A stretch of 63,664 nucleotides of DNA, counting the filler, from Malassezia furfur (lineage: Eukaryota), in assembly GCA_052055015.1 (NCBI GenBank). It is 19 parts of 19 records of this genome, joined end to end, with 100 filler letters (N's around TTAATTAATTAA, not from the genome) between each part and the next. Parts side by side here need not be neighbours in the genome. Positions count along the whole stretch, not along the records: positions 57,228 to 60,402 come from JBQJIT010000798.1; positions 60,503 to 63,664 come from JBQJIT010000799.1; 17 more parts are not named here. The stretch is one strand, 5' to 3'. Shown here piece by piece: positions 57,228 to 63,664 of the stretch (within the stretch, counting starts at the first letter, position 1; the number at the start of each line of letters is the position of its first letter). The notes under the pieces are model-generated. The model ran no database searches, was not told the DNA's origin, and worked only from the letters and a program-made list of their open reading frames with translations. The position numbers were made by a program, and so were the translations under genes.

Positions 57228-58553
57228 GGGGCCGCGCCGCTGCGTGTCGGCGGGCGCCGCCGCACGCGCCCCGACGTCGCCCAGGCCCGCCGACGTCAGC
57301 GCAAATACGCTCGTGTTCGCCGCGCCCGCGCGCGCCGTCGCAACGGGGCGCGTGCGCAGCGCATGCACGTCCACATCCAGCGCGTCGCTCAGCTCCTTCA
57401 GGCTCCAGTTCGCCAGCGGCTCAAAGCCGTCCGCGCGGCGCACAGCGACCCACTCGCGCTGCAGGTGCCGCACGACACGCTCGCGCTGCGCCTCGATCGC
57501 CGCGAGCAGGGCGCCCGTCGGCCGCGGCGGCTCCTCGGCGAGCTCCACGAGGCCCACGAGCTGCTCGTACCGCACCGCCGCAAGATGCGGCGGCAGCGAC
57601 GTGCTCAGCGCCTCGAGCATGCGCGCCACACGCAGGTCCTGTGCACCGACGAGCGCCTTCCACTCCCGCGTGTGCACCACGGCGGGGAACGCGTCGCAGA
57701 ACGCGGGCGCCAGCGCATCGCCCGCCGGGTCGTCGGACGCCGCAAGGCACACCACGAGCGACGCGGGCGTCTGGGCGATCGCCGTGTGCACCGCCGCAGG
57801 CAGCGTCGGCCACGCTGCGCGCGTCTGCAGGACATGCGCGGGCGACGCGAGCGCCGCGGCGGGCACAGGACAGGCGCCGTGCGCGGCCAACGGCGCCAGA
57901 GGCGCATCGGTCGCGAGCGCCCGCGCCCATGCCTCGGCACGCACCCACGCACCGCCGCACTGCACGCCAAGCCCCTCCAGGGCGTCGGCAGCGTCGAGCA
58001 GCACGTCGCTATCGAGTCCAGCGGGCACATAGCCGGCATGGACCACACCTACGACGCACGACATCGTGGCCGCCGGTAGCGGCGGCACACGCGCCGACGT
58101 GCACCGTACGGCGCACAGGTCGGGATGCAGCGTATCCGTGCTGATCGCGCGCAGGTCCTCCTGGAGCGGGCGCAGGCACGCTGCGACGGCCGCCTCGGCC
58201 ATGTGCAGGTGCCGCGCGAGCCTAGGCACAAGGTCCGTGCGGCGCTCGTCGGTGTACATCCAGTGCACGACATCACGCACAAGTTGGTCGGCATACGCTC
58301 CGCGCAACGAGCGCCGCAGCCACCGCTGCATGCCCCTCGGCAAGAGCCACGACGCAAGCGCGCCGCCGAGTCTCGCGCGGACCATCACTGCGTGAGCGTG
58401 TCACGTACCATGGTGCGCATGCTCGGGGCCGCCGGCGAGGGCCCACGTATGCACCGCGGCATCGGTTGCGCGCCGCGCCTCGAGCTCGCGCAAATCCGCG
58501 CGCCAGGCGTGCTGCGCGTCGGCGGCGATCGCGTGCGCCCACGGCGCGCTCAT
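57228..58553 (-). CDS. Hypothetical protein, 3'-partial
   Basis: ATG at 58553 (MSAPWAHA...); a 21-nt intron at 58388-58408 joins it to a ~390-aa exon. Confidence 0.65.
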
Positions 58554-58631
58554 CGCTGCTGCATGCCCCGCATGTGGAGGCCGGTTCGGCGAGATTTTGC
58601 AGCTTACCGGAATTCTTCCAAACGAGGGGGA

Positions 58632-60140
58632 ATGGAAGGTGCGTCGCCGTTGCATGCGGAGGCGTCCTCGGCAGAGTATGCGCGGCTCGCGCCGAAGGTG
58701 TGCGCGATGATCGAGGCGTGGATGCGCGAGGGCGAGCAGCCGGGCGCGCCGGTCATGCCGCATGCAACGGAACGCGCGTACCGCGAGCACCTGCGCCTCG
58801 CGCTGCCGGACGACGGCGTGAGCGACGACGCACTGCTCGCGGTGATGCGCGAGCTGCTCGAATACAGCGTGAACCCGTGGACAGACCGCTTCTTGGCGAA
58901 GCTGTACTCGGCGCCGACGGTCGCGAGCATGTGCGGCGAGATGCTGCTCTCGGCCATGAACGCGAGCGTGCACGTGTTTAGCGCGTCGCCCGCGCTGACG
59001 CTCGTCGAGGAAGAGTGTGTGCGTGCGCTGTGTGCGCTGTACGGCTTTGGCGCGCACGCCGACGGCATCACGATGCCCGGTGGCGCGGCGTCCAATACGC
59101 TCGCGGTGCAGACCGCGCTGTGCGGTGCGTTTGGCGGCGCGTACCGCCGCGGGGGCATCTTTGCGCTGGTGCACACGCTCACCGAGCAGCATGGGCGTGT
59201 CGGGCCCGGCGCGCGTCCGGCGCTCCTCACGAGCGCCGAGAGCCACTTTAGCATCGACCGCGCGGCGCTCGCGTCCGGTCTCGGCATGGACGCCGTGGTG
59301 CACATCGAGAGCGACGAGCACGGGCGGATGCGCGTCGATGCGCTCGAGCGTATGCTGGCGGAAATGTGTGGCGACCCTGCGCACCCCCGCGGGATGCCCT
59401 TCTTTGTGAACGCGACGAGCGGCACGACGGTGCTGGGCGCGTTCGACCCACTGCCCGAGATTGCGGCGCTATGCGAAAAGTACGGCTGCTGGCTGCACGT
59501 CGACGCGTCGTGGGGCGGCGCGGCGGTCTTTTCGCCCACGCTGCGCGACACGCTGCTGCGCGGCGTCGAGCGCGCGCAGAGTCTGACGGTCAACCCCCAC
59601 AAGCTGCTCAACGTGACGCACCAGTGCTCCTTTTTGCTGGTGCAAGAGGCGCGTGTCCTGAGCGAGCACGCGATCCATGCCGGCTACCTGTTCCACGACT
59701 ACCAGGGCATCGAGCATGCGCAAGTCGCGGACCGCGCGATGAAGACGCTCGGGTGCGGGCGGCGCGGCGAGGCGCTCAAGCTGTACCTGACGTGGCGCCA
59801 AGTCGGCACGCGCGCGCTCGGCGCGCACCTGGACGCGGGCGTGCGCGTGGCGCACGAGGTGCTCGCGGCGATCCGCGCGAACGACGCGCTAGAGCTGGGC
59901 CCGCTGGCCGCGCCGCTCTTTCTCCAGATCTGTTTCCGGCCGCGGCGCATGCCTGGCGGCGTGGAAGGGAGCGACGCGACGCGCGCGCTCGAGGCGCGCC
60001 TGCAGGCGGCGCGGCAGTATGCGGTCGACTTTGCGCCGACGCGCAGCGGCGACTATGTGCGGCTGGTGGTGCACCCGCGTGTGCCGGCGGCGCACTACTT
60101 TGCGCTGCTCGACCACGTCACGGCGCTCACGCGAGAGTAG
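58632..60140 (+). CDS. Group II PLP-dependent decarboxylase (GAD/CSAD/GADL1-like)
   Basis: PGGAASN, SHFSI, VNATSGTTVLGAFDPL, WLHVDASWGG and NPHK (PLP lysine). Confidence 0.9.
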   Translation: MEGASPLHAEASSAEYARLAPKVCAMIEAWMREGEQPGAPVMPHATERAYREHLRLALPDDGVSDDALLAVMRELLEYSVNPWTDRFLAKLYSAPTVASMCGEMLLSAMNASVHVFSASPALTLVEEECVRALCALYGFGAHADGITMPGGAASNTLAVQTALCGAFGGAYRRGGIFALVHTLTEQHGRVGPGARPALLTSAESHFSIDRAALASGLGMDAVVHIESDEHGRMRVDALERMLAEMCGDPAHPRGMPFFVNATSGTTVLGAFDPLPEIAALCEKYGCWLHVDASWGGAAVFSPTLRDTLLRGVERAQSLTVNPHKLLNVTHQCSFLLVQEARVLSEHAIHAGYLFHDYQGIEHAQVADRAMKTLGCGRRGEALKLYLTWRQVGTRALGAHLDAGVRVAHEVLAAIRANDALELGPLAAPLFLQICFRPRRMPGGVEGSDATRALEARLQAARQYAVDFAPTRSGDYVRLVVHPRVPAAHYFALLDHVTALTRE

Positions 60141-60171
60141 AACGAAAGACACATGGGAGGACGAAACGAAG

Positions 60172-60402
60172 CTATGCTTGCGAATGCGACGCAGACGTGG
60201 TGGTCATTAGCACATCGCGGACGTAGCGCAGTTTCTTCATCAACTGGCGCACAAACCGGCGCTCGCTCGGCTTGGTGTGGAAGTAGTAAGGGAAGTGCTC
60301 GCGGGCCGCCGCGGCGGCGGAGCGGCGCGGGTGCGCGATGGCGACCATCTCGGCGAGCGTCCAGGTGCGCAGCACCGGCACGCCGTCCGTCTTGTCCACG
60401 GC
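60172..60402 (-). CDS. Hypothetical protein, C-terminal fragment
   Basis: Coding-biased open frame from the contig end to TAG at 60172. Confidence 0.5.
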   Translation of the reverse strand, partial: AVDKTDGVPVLRTWTLAEMVAIAHPRRSAAAAAREHFPYYFHTKPSERRFVRQLMKKLRYVRDVLMTTTSASHSQA

Positions 60403-60507
60403 NNNNNNNNNNNNNNNNNNNNNNNNNNNNNNNNNNNNNNNNNNNNTTAATTAATTAANNNNNNNNNNNNNNNNNNNNNNNNNNNNNNNNNNNNNNNNNN
60501 NNACGCG

Positions 60508-63500
60508 ATGGACGCGTGGGACGACGAGGCGCTCGATGACTGGTACGCGTCGGACGTGGCTTCCTCCGCCGAAGACTCTGCTGCTGAGCAGGAGGCAGCC
60601 AGTGAGACATCTGAAGTTGGCCAGGTCGACGATGACGCGCGCCTAGACCTGCTCCGCCCGCCCATCCTGTCCATCTGTGCCGCATTGGGCGGCTACGAGC
60701 ATGTCGACGTGGATGGGCGCCTGGAACTTGTGTACCGACTCGGAGACGACTGCCTAGGTATGTGACACATTCACACAGAATGCCTGCGCGATTTGCGTCG
60801 TCTCTGGCGCCAGGACGACACAGACAACAGCCGTGCCGTCGCGCGTGTCTTTGCCGAGCTGGGCACGCTGCATAATGACCTGATCCCTATTCTGCTGCAC
60901 ACGGCAGGTATGGGCGAGAAGGCGGACAAGATTGCGCTCGCTTGCAGTATGTTACCCCCCTGACCACAGCCGACTTGATTACGGCGCTCACATGGCCGAT
61001 TGACTGGAACGCCGAGGTACATGACATTGTGACGCGCGAGGAGGAGGAGGACGGCGTGCTTTCCAAGCTGGTGGGTCTGCAGGCCGCACAGGTGCAGTAC
61101 AAAGCGTCGGTGTTGCGCGTGCGCGCCAAGGAGCAGCGCCTTGTAAGTCGGACGGTGGTTGGGTGCGTGATGCGTCACTTGTTGCTGCCCGCGCTGGCCA
61201 AGCCGCGTGTGGACCGCACGGAGCGCGACACAGGCTTGATTGGCATGTGCTTGCACCTCTTCCGCAACCTGCTCGCGATCCGCGACCCTGTTGCCCACAC
61301 GACGAGCAGCGCGGCGGTCGTGGCCAACGCGACGCTGCAGAGTCTGCTCGTGGAGCAGCTCGAGGAGCACTTTGTGCTCGACACACTGCTGATGCTCGCG
61401 AGCAATGCCGACACAAAGGAGTATGAGGCGTGGGTGCCCGTCGCCGCCGACTGCGTGTACCAGCTGTACATTGGCTCGGATGTACACGAAATCGCAACCG
61501 TCGAGGCGGCGACGGCGCGTGCGTCATCCAGCGCGCTTGCTGCCTCGCTCGACCATGAGGCGCGGCAGAAGCGGCATGGGGTGAACAATGCGCGGCACTC
61601 GCGCTTCGGCACCACCATTCAGTTCCGTGCGCACGACGGATCGCTGCGTGTCGCGCGGCGTCCCGCGTCGCTGGTCGAGTCAGTGCGCCGTCTGGAGCAG
61701 GACATCGCCGACCGCGGGCGCCGCAAGATTTCGCGCAAGCGGCGCGCGACGGAGCGCGGCGCGCCGCAGCGCTACACGGCGTGGACGAGCGGCGCACGTG
61801 CGGTGCTCCGGCGGTGGGCCGACCGGTTCGTGCAGGACGGCGCGTTTGGGGTGCTGGAGCAACAGTATCTCAAGGATATCCACGCAGAGCGCGAGCGCGT
61901 CGGCGATCTGGACGCGGCACGGTGCAAGGCGCTGCAGCTCGCGACCTTTTTCCTGGACTATTTCCGCGCGCGGCGGGCGAACGACGCGTCGGCGTTCGGC
62001 TTTGGGCTCGTGGCTGCATGGCTCGAGCCGTGGGCGTTCCGATTGGCGCGCAGCCGCGCGGCGATGGCGCTCGAGGCGAAGCAATGGCTCGAGTTTGTGG
62101 CCGCCGTGCGCCTCTGGACGTCGCTGCTGTGCCTCTTGCACGCGCTCGCGCACGGCTCGGCAGAGGAGCGGCAGGTGGCCGACGAGCTGCAAAACACGCT
62201 GTACTACGATGGCGACCTGCTTGACACGGCCCTGCAGGTAATGCACGCGTACTCTGCGCAAAGCTTTGCGTGCCTCGAGGCGGTGCTCGACTTTGCGTAC
62301 ACCATGCCGCGCCTCCTCGAGAAGCATGCGGCGCGGCACGAGTACGTGTTTGTCAAGGCGCGCCACGGCGGACACGACGATGAGGAGTCGGTGTCGCGCA
62401 GCGAGCGCCTCTTCCGCTTCCAGACCTTCCAGCGCGCCATGGCTACGACGCGCCTCGCGCACGTCTGCACGCAGTACCTCGTGCGCTGGCAGGACTCGGC
62501 GCAGCCGCGCACAATGCTGCCGCGCCTTGCGAGTGTGGTGCACCGCATCGCCATCAAGGCCGAGCGCCCTGCGCTTTTCTTTGCGGCCAAGACGCGCGAG
62601 GTATGGGTGCGCCTGCTGCGCGGCAGCGACCAGGCGCTCGCGGCGTGTGACGCCGAGGCCACCGCGACACTGGTCAAGCTTGCGCATTACATTGAGCGCC
62701 AGTTTGCCAAGCTCGACGGCGCGCTGCAGGAGGCCTTTGACGCGAACAAGCGCCCGGCGCGGGCGCCCAAGGCGGACAAGATCCCTGCCGAGATCTGCGT
62801 GCGCCCGGGCCTCGAGCACAGCGAGCAGATCGGCGTCGCGGTCGGCCTACTCGCCGAGGAGCACAAACTTGCCGAGGTCACCTGGGTCAAGTTCCACCTC
62901 GAGCTCGCGAGCGCCGCGCGCAAGGCGCTCATGGCGTCCGACGCGGACGCCGACCCCGCGGCACCAAGCGCCGCGGTGCAGGAGCAGTTTGCTGTGCACA
63001 GTACGTCGCTTTTCTCACCCAGCCCTCACGACCGATTCGGACGCAGTGTGGACCGAAGTCACACGCAATCCTGCGCTCAAGCTGCTGCTGCGCCTCGTGG
63101 GCCTCGAAGCGAGCGCCGAGGAGGCACACTGGGTCTGGACCGTGCCGCGCAGCTGCACGCCCGCGTCGCTCGATCGCGACGCACGCATCATCGACCAGTA
63201 CCTCGCACAGCCGCTGCTGATCGAGGGCGAGCTGCGCGACCAGGTGCAGCGCGTGCGTGCGCCGCGCGCGCGCACCGACGCACCCAGCGACGCGGCGGAC
63301 GACGCCGCGCGGCCGCGCAAGCGCACGCGCACCGACGCCGATGGCCGCACGGCCAAGAAACGCGCGCCGCGCATCCCTCGCTGGCTCGACAACGAGTTCA
63401 TCGAGGACAGCGACGAGGAGCTTGCGTTTGCGATGGCCGATGTGCCGCGCACGAGCTCGCGCAGTGCCTCACCGCCCGCGCTGTTTGCCGAGGCACGCGA

Positions 63501-63657
63501 GGCGCCGGCGGCATCGACTCACACGACGCCGGCAACGTCGCCGGCCCGTGCGGCGCCGGCCTCGCCCACGCCCGCGGCGTCGGCTTCGCCCAAGGCGCGT
63601 GCGCGGCCGCCGGCGCACCGGGACCCGCTGTTCCTATTCGACTCCGATAACGAGTAG
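60508..63657 (+). CDS. TOF1: Timeless/Tof1 replication fork protection protein
   Basis: ALGG, Y.LGDDCL|ECLRDLRR, DLIPIL, LTWP, RNLLAI and RHSRFGT; introns 60758-60778, 60947-60969 and 63001-63022. Confidence 0.92.
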
Positions 63658-63664
63658 CTACCGC

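Noticed and set aside
62990..63657. Frameshifted pseudogenes or programmed frameshifts (TOF1, MAS2, NMD5, PMI40, SDT1)
   Set aside because: Each frame change is explained by a canonical micro-intron.
1..63664. Biosynthetic cluster, transposon, viral insert or bacterial HGT island
   Set aside because: No transposase, RT, integrase, PKS/NRPS or bacterial-type genes recognised; the contigs are unlinked.

Overview
This is eukaryotic (fungal) DNA and not one locus. It consists of 19 short contigs (about 3.16-3.36 kb, roughly in descending size order) joined by an artificial 100-bp linker (N44-TTAATTAATTAA-N44), so adjacency across linkers has no biological meaning. The very high GC, extreme gene density, basidiomycete-type proteins and tiny GT-AG introns suggest a Malassezia-like yeast (inference). 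About 45 mostly housekeeping genes, many cut at contig ends, can be recognised; I reconstructed 34 introns by hand. Most notable: (i) introns with an apparent 21-nt floor, several in-frame and stop-free; (ii) one 137-nt intron in an apparently non-coding host, carrying a box C/D snoRNA complementary to 25S rRNA helix 69 (snR63/SNORD46-like); (iii) a 197-aa PAXX-like NHEJ candidate whose Ku-binding-like tail appears only after splicing a 21-nt intron; (iv) a Nug1/GNL3 protein with degenerate GTPase motifs; (v) a near-canonical ubiquitin fused to an AN1 zinc finger; (vi) two intra-contig chimeric junctions (DDHD-lipase N-terminus/Sla1, and Ldb17/RD-repeat protein) that are either real rearrangements or misassemblies. 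All family assignments come from motif recognition by eye; no searches were run.
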